64,000 nucleotides of DNA, taken from NCBI GenBank assembly GCA_045807245.1, contig JBJMHS010000036.1, forward strand, positions 303 to 64,302, given 5' to 3'. Numbering within the stretch: the first letter of the stretch is position 1; each line of letters opens with the position of its first letter. Source of the DNA: Actinomycetales bacterium. Its GTDB lineage: Bacteria; Actinomycetota; Actinomycetes; Actinomycetales; CAVURS01. Below, piece after piece: positions 1 to 10,210 of the stretch. A model generated the notes under the pieces. That model was not told the origin of the DNA, did no database searches, and was given only the letters and a program-made list of their open reading frames with translations. The position numbers and the translations under genes were made by a program.

Positions 1-2
1 GC

Positions 3-2210
3 AAGTTCCACCCACACGGTGACGCCGCGATCTACGACGCGCTGGTCCGGATGGCCCAGCCGTTCTCGCTGCGGCTGCCTCTGGTGGACGGGCACGGCAA
101 CTTCGGGTCCCCGGACGACGGACCGGCCGCGGCGCGCTACACCGAGGCCCGGCCGGCACCGGCCGCTCTGCTGATGACGACCGGCCTGGACGAGGCGACC
201 GTCGACTTCGTCCCGACGTACGACGACGCCCACGTCCAGCCCGACGTGCTCCCGTCGGCGCTGCCGAACCTGCTGGTCAACGGCGCCAGCGGCATTGCCG
301 TCGGCATGGCCACGAACATGGCCCCGCACAACCTGGTCGAGGTCATCGGGGCCGCCCGACACCTCATCGCCCACCCGGACGCCACGCTCGAGGACCTCAT
401 GCGCTACGTCCCGGGGCCGGACCTGCCGACCGGCGGGCTGATCGTCGGCCTGGAGGGCATCCGCGAGGCCTACGCCACCGGACGCGGCAGCTTCCGCACC
501 CGCGCGACCACGCGCATCGAGTCGGTCTCCGCTCGGCGCAAGGGCATCGTCGTGACCGAGCTGCCGTACACGGTCGGCCCGGAGAAGGTGGTCGAGAAGA
601 TCAAGGAGCTCGTCCAGTCCAAGAAGCTGCAGGGCATCGCCGATCTCAAGGACCTGACCGACCGCACCCACGGGCTACGGCTCGTGGTCGAGGTCAAGAA
701 CGGCTTCAACCCCGAGGCGATCCTCGACCAGCTGTACCGGCTCACCCCGATGGAGGACTCGTTCGGCATCAACAACGTCGCCCTCGTGGACGGGCAGCCA
801 CGCACCCTCGGGCTGCGCGAGCTCCTGCAGGTGTACGTCAGGTTCCGCATCGGCGTGGTCCGCCGCCGTACGACGCACCGGCTGGCCCGGCGCGAGGAAC
901 GGCTGCACCTGGTCGAGGGCCTGCTCATCGCGATCGTCGACATCGACGAGGTCATCCAGCTGATCCGGGGCAGTGACGACGCGCCTGCCGCGAAGGCCCG
1001 GCTGATGGAGGTCTTCGACCTCTCGGACGCCCAGGCCACGTACATCCTCGACCTGCAGCTGCGCCGGCTGACCAAGTTCTCCCGGATCGAGCTGGAGGCC
1101 GAACGCGAGGAGCTGCGCACCGAGATCGAGGACCTGCGCGCGATCCTGGAGCAGGACCACCTGCTGCGCGAGGTCGTCTCGACGGAGCTGGCCGAGGTCG
1201 CCAAGGCGCACGGCACCCCCCGGCGTACCGTCCTGCTCGAGTCGGCCGGCGCACCGGTGACGAGCAGCACGCCGCTCGAGGTCGCGGACGAGCCGTGCTG
1301 GGTCCTGCTCTCCTCGACCGGCTTGCTCGCCCGCACGAGCGGCGCCGCCCAGCTGCCGGCTGGTCCCGAGCGGCAGAGCCATGACGTGATCACCTCGGTG
1401 GTGCGGGCGACCGCGCGCGGTGAGGTCGGTCTGGTGACATCCCGCGGCCGCGTCATCCGGCTCTCGGTCCTCGAGCTGCCGGCCCTCCCGCCGACCAGCT
1501 CGCCCCCGAGCCTGTCCGGCGGCGCTCCGCTGGGCGCCTTCGTCGACCTGCCGCCCGGTGAGGCCGTCCTGTGCCTGACCACCTTCGCCGCGACCTCGCC
1601 CGGCCTGGCGCTCGGCACGGCCCAGGGTGTGGTCAAGCGCGTCGTCCCCGAGCACCTCAGCAACCGCGACGAGTGGGAGGTCATCGGGCTCAAGGACGGC
1701 GACACGGTCGTGGGTGCCGTCGAGCTGCGGTCCGGTGACGAGGACCTGGTCTTCGTCACCTCGGACGGCCAACTGCTCCACTTCGGGGCCGCGTCGGTCC
1801 GGCCGCAGGGCCGCCCGGCCGGCGGCATGGCCGGCATCAAGGTCACGCCGGGGCAGCGGGTGGTCGCGTTCACGGCGCTCGACCCCGGCCGGGACAACGT
1901 GGTGGTCACGATCGCCGGGTCGTCGGCGTCGCTACCCGGCACCGAACCGGGTTCGGTCAAGGTCACGCCGTACGCCGAGTACCCCGCCAAAGGGCGCGGC
2001 ACCGGGGGCGTGCGCTGCCACCGGTTCCTCAAGGGAGAGGACGAGCTCATCCTGGGCTGGGCCGGGCCGGCGCCCGCGCTGGCGGCGTCGGGGAGTGGCG
2101 TCGCGGTCGAGCTCCCACCCCCGACCGGCCGGCGCGACGGCTCGGGTACGCCGGGCACGACCCCGGTCGTGGCGGTCTCCGGCCCCGCTGCCCTCGCCAC
2201 GACAACGTGA
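3..2210 (+). CDS. parC: DNA topoisomerase IV subunit A (GyrA/ParC family), 5'-truncated by window edge
   Basis: Frame open from position 3 ([17 protein letters not shown]); GNFGS..AARYTE active-site Tyr; [18 protein letters not shown]-terminal beta-pinwheel repeats; convergent GyrB-like partner nearby as for the actinobacterial topo IV. Confidence 0.9.
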   Translation, partial: KFHPHGDAAIYDALVRMAQPFSLRLPLVDGHGNFGSPDDGPAAARYTEARPAPAALLMTTGLDEATVDFVPTYDDAHVQPDVLPSALPNLLVNGASGIAVGMATNMAPHNLVEVIGAARHLIAHPDATLEDLMRYVPGPDLPTGGLIVGLEGIREAYATGRGSFRTRATTRIESVSARRKGIVVTELPYTVGPEKVVEKIKELVQSKKLQGIADLKDLTDRTHGLRLVVEVKNGFNPEAILDQLYRLTPMEDSFGINNVALVDGQPRTLGLRELLQVYVRFRIGVVRRRTTHRLARREERLHLVEGLLIAIVDIDEVIQLIRGSDDAPAAKARLMEVFDLSDAQATYILDLQLRRLTKFSRIELEAEREELRTEIEDLRAILEQDHLLREVVSTELAEVAKAHGTPRRTVLLESAGAPVTSSTPLEVADEPCWVLLSSTGLLARTSGAAQLPAGPERQSHDVITSVVRATARGEVGLVTSRGRVIRLSVLELPALPPTSSPPSLSGGAPLGAFVDLPPGEAVLCLTTFAATSPGLALGTAQGVVKRVVPEHLSNRDEWEVIGLKDGDTVVGAVELRSGDEDLVFVTSDGQLLHFGAASVRPQGRPAGGMAGIKVTPGQRVVAFTALDPGRDNVVVTIAGSSASLPGTEPGSVKVTPYAEYPAKGRGTGGVRCHRFLKGEDELILGWAGPAPALAASGSGVAVELPPPTGRRDGSGTPGTTPVVAVSGPAALATTT

Positions 2211-3166
2211 GCGGCCTGCCCGCCAGCGCCTGCTCGCTGTCCACGGCCGCCGTCGGTGAGCCCGCCTACGGCTCTGCGGCGCCCGCCCAGGTCTGGGTTG
2301 CTCTGGAGCAGCCGGGACCGTGGGGTCGTGAGGCCCTCGAGCAGAGCCATCTCGACGCCGGGCTCGGCCGCACCCTGCGCGCCATGGTGAGCGCCGCCGG
2401 CGGCCGGATGGCCCTGCTGCGCTCGGCCCGCAAGCATCCGGACCTCAAACCTCGGCCCGAGCCGTTCGTCGCCATCGCCAGCGCCGTCGAAGGCCGCTCC
2501 TGGCTGCTCACCGGGCATCTGAGCGGGCCGGATGCGCTGCGCGACATGGATTTCGGCGCACTCGCGGCCGCAGATCTGGATGGCGTACGGGCCAGCCTGC
2601 CCGACGTGGAGGAGTCGGCCACCCCCCTGCTCCTCGTCTGTACGAACGGTCGCCGCGACGTCTGCTGTGCCGTGTTCGGCCGACCGCTCGCGCATGACGT
2701 CGCGCGGCAACGGCCCGGTCAGGTGTGGGAGACGTCGCACACCGGGGGACACCGGTTCTCGCCGACCGCGGTCCTGCTGCCGTGGGGCTTCACCTTCGCC
2801 CGGCTGGACGCGCGCCTCGGCGTCGCGACGCTGGACGAGGCCCCGCACGGGCGGCTCCCCCGCGACGTCCTCGGGCCACAGCACGATCGCGGGCGGTCCA
2901 GTTTGCCTCCACCGGGGCAGGCCGCCGAGTCGGCGGTCCGCGCCGAGCTGGCCGAGACGGGGATCGACGCACTGACCACCACCGTGGCGGCCAGCGGGAG
3001 TGCCGCCTGGCGGGCGCAGGTCCAGCACACCGACGGCCGGACCTGGGCCGGTGCCGTACGGCGCGGTGCACCGACGGCGCTCCGGGCCCCCTCCTGTGGA
3101 CGCACCCCGGAGCCGTACACGGCGTACGAGGTCGACCTCCTCCCGGCTGGTGCGGTGGCGTCATGA
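2207..3166 (+). CDS. Sucrase/ferredoxin-like protein (thioredoxin-like 2Fe-2S)
   Basis: [27 protein letters not shown] and [14 protein letters not shown] motifs; GTGA overlap with parC stop. Confidence 0.85.
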   Translation: MSGLPASACSLSTAAVGEPAYGSAAPAQVWVALEQPGPWGREALEQSHLDAGLGRTLRAMVSAAGGRMALLRSARKHPDLKPRPEPFVAIASAVEGRSWLLTGHLSGPDALRDMDFGALAAADLDGVRASLPDVEESATPLLLVCTNGRRDVCCAVFGRPLAHDVARQRPGQVWETSHTGGHRFSPTAVLLPWGFTFARLDARLGVATLDEAPHGRLPRDVLGPQHDRGRSSLPPPGQAAESAVRAELAETGIDALTTTVAASGSAAWRAQVQHTDGRTWAGAVRRGAPTALRAPSCGRTPEPYTAYEVDLLPAGAVAS

Positions 3167-3903
3167 CCGGGCGACGGGTCGTCCTGGTCACCGGAGCGAG
3201 CAGCGGCATCGGGCGCGCGACGGCGCTGCGGGCCGCGGCCGCCGGCTGGGATGTCGCGGTCGGCTACCGGACCGGCTGGCAGGCAGCCGATGAGACGGCC
3301 CGCTCGTGCGAGGCACATGGAGTTCGCGCCGTAACGGCTCCCGGCGACGTCACCACTGCGGCCGGTGTCGACTCGTCCTTCGCCATGGTGGACGAGCAGT
3401 TCGGCCGGCTGGACGCCCTCGTGACCAGCGCAGGTGTCGTCTCTCCGCTCGGACGGGTCGAGGAGATGACCGAGGACCGCATCGCCCGCGTGCTGCAGGT
3501 CAACGTCGTCGGCACGCTCTTGTGCGCCGGTGCCGCCGTCCGGCGCATGTCCACCCACCACGGCGGCCAGGGTGGGGTCATCGTGACAGTGTCGTCACGG
3601 GCAGCCGTGCGCGGCGGAGCCGGCGAGTACGTCGACTACGCAGCGAGCAAGGCGGCGGTCGACGCCGTGACCGTCGGGCTGGCGGCAGAGGTGCTGGCCG
3701 AAGGGATCCGGGTCGTCGGTGTCCGGCCCGGCGTAATCGCCACCGGCATCCACGCACCCGGTCGCCTGGAGCGGGTGTCGCCGAGCCTGCCCATGCAGCG
3801 GGCCGGCACGCCGGACGAGGTCGCCGCGGCGATCGTCTGGCTCATGTCGGACGAGGCGTCGTACGTCGTGGGCACGCTCCTGGACGTCGGCGGTGGTCGC
3901 TGA
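3163..3903 (+). CDS. Short-chain dehydrogenase/reductase
   Basis: VTGASSGIG Rossmann motif, YAASK catalytic motif; ATGA overlap with previous gene. Confidence 0.9.
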   Translation: MTGRRVVLVTGASSGIGRATALRAAAAGWDVAVGYRTGWQAADETARSCEAHGVRAVTAPGDVTTAAGVDSSFAMVDEQFGRLDALVTSAGVVSPLGRVEEMTEDRIARVLQVNVVGTLLCAGAAVRRMSTHHGGQGGVIVTVSSRAAVRGGAGEYVDYAASKAAVDAVTVGLAAEVLAEGIRVVGVRPGVIATGIHAPGRLERVSPSLPMQRAGTPDEVAAAIVWLMSDEASYVVGTLLDVGGGR

Positions 3904-3928
3904 CCGGACCGGCAGGCATGATGTCGGC

Positions 3929-4228
3929 ATGCCGTTCGAGCCGGCCCGGGACGTCCCGTGGGACGAGGACGCCGCCGGCATGCCCGACCCGTGGGCGCAG
4001 CTGCGGCCACGCGGTTTCAGTAGCTACGGCCCCGAGGGCGAGATCCTGTTCATCGGCCAGTTCGCCGGCGGCGTACGGCGCGCGACGGGGTGGCGGCGCG
4101 TGGTCGGTGTCGCCGTCGCCGCCTTGTTGCTGACCTCCATCCTCGGCTCGGCATTCGTGAGCGTCCTGCAGCTGGCCGACGGAGCCTCGCCCCATCACGC
4201 CTACCAGAGCCCGGCGCACGTGCCGTAG
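3929..4228 (+). CDS. Small hypothetical membrane protein
   Basis: ORF with one hydrophobic segment (VVGVAVAALLLTSILGSAFVSVL); ATG 6 nt after a CATGAT -10-like hexamer. Confidence 0.55.
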   Translation: MPFEPARDVPWDEDAAGMPDPWAQLRPRGFSSYGPEGEILFIGQFAGGVRRATGWRRVVGVAVAALLLTSILGSAFVSVLQLADGASPHHAYQSPAHVP

Positions 4229-4307
4229 GCAGTCCGGCAGCTCTCGCCGCCGATCCTCGACAGTGTCCTCGACCCACCTGCCTCCAGCGCGCTTGCCTTC
4301 CGGCGTG

Positions 4308-4331
4308 ATACTCGGTATACATACTCAGTAT
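4308..4331. promoter_or_regulatory. Tandem palindromic operator-like site (ATACTCGGTAT / ATACTCAGTAT) upstream of the M15 peptidase gene
   Basis: Two ATAC-N3-GTAT palindromes 13 bp apart in an AT-rich island; TTGCCT -35-like hexamer at 4293-4298. Confidence 0.55.
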
Positions 4332-4371
4332 TACGTGCTCAGCGGACCGATCGTGAGGCAAGGGGGCTTCC

Positions 4372-4950
4372 ATGCAGGCCGACATCAAGAGCAACCACCG
4401 GACCGGGACGATCGCGGTGCTCATCGCCACCGTTCTGGTCGTCCTGGCCATCTCGGCGGCCGGGTACGACGTCCTGTCCGGTCGCCTCGGGACGGTTCCC
4501 GCACAGGCTGGGCCGCTCGTGCCGACCCGCCCGGCCTCAGCGGCACCGACGACGCCCAGCGGGCCGACCGCCACAGGCACGGCCGGGCTCAAGCCCGCGC
4601 TGCAGCGGGCGCTCGACCGGGCCATCGCCGCCGCCGGCGCGGACGGTGTTGAGCTGCGACTCACCTCGGGTTGGCGGACCAGAGCCGAGCAACAGCAGCT
4701 CTTCGACGCCGCCGTGAAGAAGTACGGCTCTCGGCAGAAGGCATCGCGGTGGGTGCTGCCGCCCGACGAGTCCGCGCATGTCCGTGGCGAGGCCGTGGAC
4801 GTCGGTCCTCGGGCCGGTGCGAAGTGGCTGGAGCGGCACGGCAGCCGGTTCGGCCTGTGCCGTCGCTACGACAACGAGTGGTGGCACTTCGAGCTGCTGA
4901 CCACACCCGGCGGCACCTGCCCGGCGCGCGAGGCGAACGCGGCCGGTTAG
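4372..4950 (+). CDS. M15-family Zn D,D-carboxypeptidase (VanY-like), membrane-anchored/secreted
   Basis: N-terminal TM helix; SGWRT, SAHVRGEAVD (SxHxxGxAxD) and EWWH motifs. Confidence 0.85.
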   Translation: MQADIKSNHRTGTIAVLIATVLVVLAISAAGYDVLSGRLGTVPAQAGPLVPTRPASAAPTTPSGPTATGTAGLKPALQRALDRAIAAAGADGVELRLTSGWRTRAEQQQLFDAAVKKYGSRQKASRWVLPPDESAHVRGEAVDVGPRAGAKWLERHGSRFGLCRRYDNEWWHFELLTTPGGTCPAREANAAG

Positions 4951-7130
4951 GCGTCGATGCGCTCCCGGTCCAGCTCGCCCGCCCCCGCCACCAGGAAGTC
5001 CTTGCGCGGCGCCACGTCACTGCCCATGAGCAGGTCGAAGATCTGGTCGGCTCGCTCGGCATCGGCCAAGGTGACGCGGCGCAGGGTCCGGTGCCGGGGG
5101 TCCATGGTCGTGACGGCCAGCTGGTCGGCGTCCATCTCGCCCAGGCCCTTGTAGCGCTGCAACGGCTCCTTCCACCGCTGACCCTTGCGCACGAGGTCGG
5201 CCTGCACCTTGCGCAGCTCGGCCTCCGAGTAGGTGTACACGTACTTGTCCTGGCCCTTCTTGGGGCTCACGACCTCGAGCCGGTGCAGCGGCGGGACGGC
5301 GGCGTACACGCGCCCGTCATCCACCAGCGGGCGCATGTACTTGAAGAACAGAGTGAGCAGCAGCGTCCGGATGTGCGCGCCGTCGACGTCGGCGTCGGTC
5401 ATCACGATCACCTTGCCGTAGCGGGCGGTGTCCAGGTCGAACGTCCGCCCCGACCCGGCCCCGATGACCTGGATGATCGCCGCGCACTCCGCGTTGCGCA
5501 GCATGTCCGCGATCGACGCCTTCTGGACGTTGAGGATCTTGCCTCGGATCGGCAGCAGGGCCTGGTACTCCGAGCTGCGGGCCAGCTTGGCGGTGCCCAG
5601 GGCGCTGTCGCCCTCGACGATGAACAGCTCGCTGCGCCCTACGTCGTCAGTGCGGCAGTCGGCGAGCTTCGCGGGCAGCGACGAGGACTCGAGCGCGTTC
5701 TTGCGGCGCTGCGTCTCCTTGTGCTGGCGCGCGCTGACCCGCGCCTTCATCTCGGCGACGACCTTCTCCAACAGCGCCGCCGCCTGGTGCTTCTCCCCGC
5801 GCTTGGTCGAGGTGAGATGCCGGGTGAGCTCGCGTTCGACGATCTTGGCGACGATGCCGCGCACGGCGCTCGTGCCGAGGACCTCCTTGGTCTGGCCCTC
5901 AAACTGCGGCTCGGCCAGCCGGACGGTGACGACCGCCGTGATCCCGGCCAGGACGTCCTCCTTGTCCAGCCGGTCGTCCTTGCCGCTGACCTTGAGCCGG
6001 CGGGAGTTCAGCTCCACCTGGCGCTTGAACGTCTTCAGCAGGGCGGCCTCGAACCCGGCCAGGTGGGTGCCGCCCTTCGGCGTCGCGATGATGTTGACGA
6101 ACGAGCGCACGGCCGTCTCGTAGCCCGTGTCCCAGCGCACCGCGATGTCGACCGTGCACTCGCGCTCGACCTCGGTCGCCGTCATGTGGCCCCGCTCGTC
6201 CAGGACCGGCACCGTCTCGCGGAAGTGGTCCGAACCGGACAGCCGCCAGGCGTCGGTGACGGCGTCCCCCGAGCCCAGGAACTCGACGTACTCCACGATG
6301 CCGCCGCGGTGACAGAACGTCTCCTCGTGCGGTCCGTCGGCCCCCAGGGTGCCGGGCAGGCCACGCTCGTCCCGCAGCGCGATGGTCAGGCCGGGCACGA
6401 GGTACGACGTCTGCCGGGCCCGGGTGACCAGCTCGTCGTAGCTGAACTGGGCGTCCTTGAGGAAGATCTGCCGGTCGGCCCAGTACCGCACCCGGGTGCC
6501 GGTGACGCCGCGCTTGGTCCGCGCGACGACCCGCAGCTCCGAATGGTCGACGTACGGCGCGAAGGTCGCGTCCGGCGACGGGCTTTTGCGGCCGTCCGCG
6601 AACTCGCCGGGCTCGCCGCGCCGGAAGCTCATGGCATGGGTCTTGCCGCCCCGGTCCACTTCCACGTCGAGCCGGGCGGACAGGGCGTTGACGACACTGG
6701 CGCCTACGCCGTGCAGGCCGCCCGACGCGGTGTACGAGCCGCCGCCGAACTTTCCACCTGCGTGCAGCTTCGTGAACACGACCTCGACCCCCGAGAGGCC
6801 CGTCTTGGGCTCCTCGTCCACCGGGATGCCACGCCCGTCGTCCCGCACCTCGACCGAGCCGTCGGCCAGGAGCTGGACCTCGATCCGGTCGGCGTGGCCG
6901 GCCAGTGCCTCGTCGACGGAGTTGTCGATGATCTCCCACAGGCAGTGCATCAGCCCCCGGGAGTCGGTCGACCCGACGTACATGCCCGGCCGCTTGCGAA
7001 CCGCCTCCAGCCCCTCCAGCACGGACAGGTGCCGGGCGGTGTAGTCGGACTCCACCGACACCCGGGCCCGGCCGGTGCGGGAGGTGCGTACAGCGGTACG
7101 GCTCACAGGCTCGGTCGGCTGGACAGCCAC
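4947..7130 (-). CDS. parE: DNA topoisomerase IV subunit B (GyrB/ParE family)
   Basis: LEGLEAVRKRPGMYVG, EIIDNSVDE, LHAGGKF, VEGDSA, PIRGKILN, MTDADVDGAHI, RYKGLGEM. Confidence 0.92.
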   Translation of the reverse strand: MAVQPTEPVSRTAVRTSRTGRARVSVESDYTARHLSVLEGLEAVRKRPGMYVGSTDSRGLMHCLWEIIDNSVDEALAGHADRIEVQLLADGSVEVRDDGRGIPVDEEPKTGLSGVEVVFTKLHAGGKFGGGSYTASGGLHGVGASVVNALSARLDVEVDRGGKTHAMSFRRGEPGEFADGRKSPSPDATFAPYVDHSELRVVARTKRGVTGTRVRYWADRQIFLKDAQFSYDELVTRARQTSYLVPGLTIALRDERGLPGTLGADGPHEETFCHRGGIVEYVEFLGSGDAVTDAWRLSGSDHFRETVPVLDERGHMTATEVERECTVDIAVRWDTGYETAVRSFVNIIATPKGGTHLAGFEAALLKTFKRQVELNSRRLKVSGKDDRLDKEDVLAGITAVVTVRLAEPQFEGQTKEVLGTSAVRGIVAKIVERELTRHLTSTKRGEKHQAAALLEKVVAEMKARVSARQHKETQRRKNALESSSLPAKLADCRTDDVGRSELFIVEGDSALGTAKLARSSEYQALLPIRGKILNVQKASIADMLRNAECAAIIQVIGAGSGRTFDLDTARYGKVIVMTDADVDGAHIRTLLLTLFFKYMRPLVDDGRVYAAVPPLHRLEVVSPKKGQDKYVYTYSEAELRKVQADLVRKGQRWKEPLQRYKGLGEMDADQLAVTTMDPRHRTLRRVTLADAERADQIFDLLMGSDVAPRKDFLVAGAGELDRERIDA

Positions 7131-7399
7131 AGGCAGAGGTGCTCCAACTTCTCCAGATCAGCGCCGGAACGGCCGATGGGGTGACACGAGCCGGGTTGCT
7201 CGCCGTCAGGCTATAGCCGGTGGTGGACGATGAACGTCTGCGCCGCTGTACCAGGCGGGGCGTGTCCCGGCTCCTGAAACGCAGTTGCAGAGTCGTCCTG
7301 GACGGCTGAAGGTGAAGGAAGTCACGAACTCGGCCACCAGCCGGCGCCCGCGACGAGGCGGTTGTCCGCAGTCAGCGAACACCGCGCAGGTCCGACGTG

Positions 7400-7426
7400 G
7401 GAACGCAGCGGGATGGTTGACTGTTG
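7400..7426 (+). promoter_or_regulatory. SigR/SigH-type ECF sigma promoter GGAAC-N18-GTTG
   Basis: ggaac at 7400-7404, exactly 18 nt, gttg at 7423-7426, upstream of small Cys-rich ORF. Confidence 0.6.
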
Positions 7427-7483
7427 TGACAGGCGCACAGGGACTTCGGCCGGCCGGCCGGAACCCAGGAGGAGGAAGGTTTC

Positions 7484-7708
7484 GTGACAGCTGCACTTGC
7501 CAGTCCGCTCACCGCAGCCGACCGTTGCGACCGGTGTGGCGCGCAGGCCTACGTGCGGGTCACCCTCAACGGTGGCGCCGAGCTGCTGTTCTGCGCCCAC
7601 CACGGCCGGGTCCACGCTGACGCCCTGCGCCGAGTCGCAACGGACGTCCAGGACGAGTCGGACCGCTTGACCGAGGCCCCGGGATCCGCACCCGCTGAGG
7701 ACCGCTGA
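7484..7708 (+). CDS. Small conserved actinobacterial zinc-ribbon-like protein (DUF7455-like)
   Basis: LTAADRCDRCGAQAYVRV...LLFCAHH; AGGAGGA RBS; followed by a hairpin. Confidence 0.8.
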   Translation: MTAALASPLTAADRCDRCGAQAYVRVTLNGGAELLFCAHHGRVHADALRRVATDVQDESDRLTEAPGSAPAEDR

Positions 7709-7724
7709 GCCTCACTCCCACGTT

Positions 7725-7756
7725 CGAGAGGCCCCGGCAGATGCCGGGGCCTCTCG
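7725..7756 (+). terminator. Intrinsic terminator-like hairpin
   Basis: Perfect 15-bp inverted repeat cgagaggccccggca-ga-tgccggggcctctcg just after the stop codon. Confidence 0.75.
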
Positions 7757-7775
7757 CGTCTGCCGTGGTCCTCGA

Positions 7776-8258
7776 GTGAGTGCCGCCGGCGAGATCCTGG
7801 TCGGTGCCGTGATCGTGGTGGGGCTGGTCGGTGTGCTGGTGCCCGTGCTGCCCGGGCTCGCGCTGGTCTGGGCCGCGGTCCTGGTCTGGGCAATGGTCGT
7901 GCAGAGCACGGTCGGGTGGGCGGTCCTGGCCGGGGCGAGCGCCCTGCTGGTGGTCGGCACCGTGGTGAAGTACGTCGTGCCGGGCCGGCGGCTGCGCCGC
8001 GTCGGCGTGCCCTGGCGCAGTACCGCTCTCGGCGGGGCGCTCGCGGTCGTGGGGTTCTTCGTGATCCCGGTGGTGGGCCTGCTGATCGGGTTCGTGCTCG
8101 GCGTCTACCTGGCCGAGCGGCAGCGCCTCGGTGCACACACGGCGGCGTGGCAGTCGACCCGGCAGGCCCTGGCGGCGGCCGGGTGGAGCGTGCTGATCGA
8201 GCTGTTCGCAGGAATGGCGATGGCCGGCACCTGGCTGGCCGGGGTGCTGGTGGGCTAG
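7776..8258 (+). CDS. DUF456-family membrane protein
   Basis: GLVGVLVPVLPG, GFFVIPVVGLLIGFVLGVYLAE motifs. Confidence 0.8.
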   Translation: MSAAGEILVGAVIVVGLVGVLVPVLPGLALVWAAVLVWAMVVQSTVGWAVLAGASALLVVGTVVKYVVPGRRLRRVGVPWRSTALGGALAVVGFFVIPVVGLLIGFVLGVYLAERQRLGAHTAAWQSTRQALAAAGWSVLIELFAGMAMAGTWLAGVLVG

Positions 8259-8722
8259 GCGTCCCAGCCGCCGCCGCCGCGGCGGCGCTCCCAGCGCTGC
8301 TCCATGCGGGACATGAACCCACCGGAGCCACGGTTGGCGCGGCCCTTGCGACCACGGCGACCCTGGCCCTTGGCGCCGCGCTGGCCCTTCGGCACCCGCG
8401 GGTTGGTGGAGCCGTCAGCGGTGACGGTGCCGACCGGGCCGGCGTTCTTGCGTCGCGGAGGCGTCACGGCGAGCCAGGCCCCGGCCACCATCACGGCGAA
8501 CCCGGCGATGCCCAACGCCAGCCCGGCAGCGCCACCCCGGGCGACGCCCAGGACGACCAGACCGAGTCCGACGAGGACGCCGAGGGCGCCGAGAACCATC
8601 CGGCGGCGAGCCTTGGCCTTGGTGGTGGAACCGCGCATGGCGTTGGCGAACTTGGGGTCCTCAACAGACAGCTGCTGCTCCATCTGTTCGAGCAGCCGCT
8701 GCTCGTGCTCGGAGAGCGGCAC
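8255..8722 (-). CDS. DUF3040-family membrane protein
   Basis: (M)PLSEHEQRLLEQMEQQLSVEDPKFA, two TM helices, FMSRMEQRWERRR tail; GGGAGG RBS. Confidence 0.85.
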   Translation of the reverse strand: MPLSEHEQRLLEQMEQQLSVEDPKFANAMRGSTTKAKARRRMVLGALGVLVGLGLVVLGVARGGAAGLALGIAGFAVMVAGAWLAVTPPRRKNAGPVGTVTADGSTNPRVPKGQRGAKGQGRRGRKGRANRGSGGFMSRMEQRWERRRGGGGWDA

Positions 8723-8911
8723 GATGACCTCCCGCAACGACACAGTGGTGCCGACGCCTGGCGACACCAGGGGGTGACAGCTTCACAGAACTCATCGGCG
8801 CGTCACGCCCTTGGCCTAAGGATAAGTCGCCGCTGCGGAGTTCGATACCCGGACGGCCGGTCTGGAGATATCGGTCTGGTGTCGGGGCTGCGTCGATCCG
8901 CGGGCAGAACG

Positions 8912-10174
8912 TCACCCCGGTGCGTCCCGCTTGGCCTGGGCTGGGCCGTCACGGCGGTCCGGAACCAGGCTGGCCGGGCGCACCACACCGGCCCCGAACC
9001 GGGCGCTGGCCGCGTCCACAGCCCGGTCGGCCTCCCGCCAGCCGACCGGCCGGTCGTCCAGCGCCAGCTGGCGCGGTGCGCTGTCGGCCTCGAGCAGTCC
9101 CTCCAGTCGGACCCCGACCAGTCGCAGCCGGGCCCGCTGCAGGCCCAACCCGTCGTACAGGCTCCGGGCCGCGGCGTACACCTCACGCCCGGTGTCCGTG
9201 GCATCGCGCAGCGTCCGGGACCGGGTGATCGTCGTGAAGTCGGCGAACCGGATCTTGATCGAGACGGTGCGGGCGACCAACCCGTGCGTGCGCAACCGGG
9301 CCGCGGACCGCTCGGACAGCTTGAGCAGCTCGCGGCGGACTACGTCGGGGTCGTCCACGTCGCGGGAGAACGTCTCCTCGTGACCGATGCTGCGGTCCTC
9401 GACGACCGGCTCCACCGACCGCGGGTCACGCCCCCAGGCCAGCTCGTGCAGGTGGGCGCCGACCGCCTGACCCAGACCGCGCAACAAGGTGTCGCGCGGC
9501 ACGTGTGCGATGTCACCGACGGTACGCAGGCCGAGCCGATGCAGCGTCTCCTCGGTCTTGTCGCCGACCCCCCACAGGGCGCCGACCGGCAGCGGGTGCA
9601 GGAACGAGACGACCTGGTTCGGCGGGACGACGATCAGGCCGTCGGGCTTGGCCATCGAGGACGCGAGCTTCGCGACGAACTTGGTCGCGGCCACACCCAC
9701 CGAGCAGGTGATCCGTTGCTCGTCCGCCACGCGGTCCCGGATCAGCTGCCCGATCCGCGCCGGTGGCCCCAGCCGCCGGACCGCACCCGAGACGTCGAGG
9801 AAGGCCTCGTCCAGGGAGAGCGGCTCGACCAGCGGTGTCACGTCGGCGAACACGGCCATCACACCGGCCGACGCGGCCTGGTAGGCCTCGAAGTCCGGCG
9901 GCAGGACGATCGCCTCGGGGCACAGCCGGCGGGCCCGGCTCATCGGCATCGCCGCGTGGATCCCGAAGCGGCGGGCCTCGTAGGTCGCGGACAGCACCAC
10001 GCCCCTGCTGCCGCTGCCGCCGACGATGACCTCCCGCCCGCGCAGGTCCGGATGCTCGAGGAGCGACACGGAGGCATAGAACGCATCCATGTCGACGTGC
10101 AGGACCATGCAGGACGAGTCGTCCGCGCCGCTGTCGTCGAACGCGTCCGGCCGCTCGATCTGGCGCCGGCTCAT
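8912..10174 (-). CDS. dinB: DNA polymerase IV (Y family)
   Basis: HVDMDAFYASV, SATYEAR, SLDEAFLD, AKLASSMAKPDG; C-terminal QLALD clamp-binding-like motif. Confidence 0.93.
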   Translation of the reverse strand: MSRRQIERPDAFDDSGADDSSCMVLHVDMDAFYASVSLLEHPDLRGREVIVGGSGSRGVVLSATYEARRFGIHAAMPMSRARRLCPEAIVLPPDFEAYQAASAGVMAVFADVTPLVEPLSLDEAFLDVSGAVRRLGPPARIGQLIRDRVADEQRITCSVGVAATKFVAKLASSMAKPDGLIVVPPNQVVSFLHPLPVGALWGVGDKTEETLHRLGLRTVGDIAHVPRDTLLRGLGQAVGAHLHELAWGRDPRSVEPVVEDRSIGHEETFSRDVDDPDVVRRELLKLSERSAARLRTHGLVARTVSIKIRFADFTTITRSRTLRDATDTGREVYAAARSLYDGLGLQRARLRLVGVRLEGLLEADSAPRQLALDDRPVGWREADRAVDAASARFGAGVVRPASLVPDRRDGPAQAKRDAPG

Positions 10175-10210
10175 GGCCGCACCCCGGTGCGGGCCTTCGT
10201 CCGCGCCTGG

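Noticed and set aside
4372..4950. Vancomycin resistance cluster
   Set aside because: Lone M15 peptidase; no vanHAX or vanRS in the window
7131..7399. Possible ncRNA in the parE upstream region
   Set aside because: No recognisable family or convincing long stem; explained by divergent promoters and leaders, though a covariance search was not possible
8805..8862. tRNA-like fragments (ggcctaaggataag; gttcgatac)
   Set aside because: No anticodon arm or acceptor stem can be formed; more likely the minus-strand promoter (TATCCT) of the DUF3040 gene
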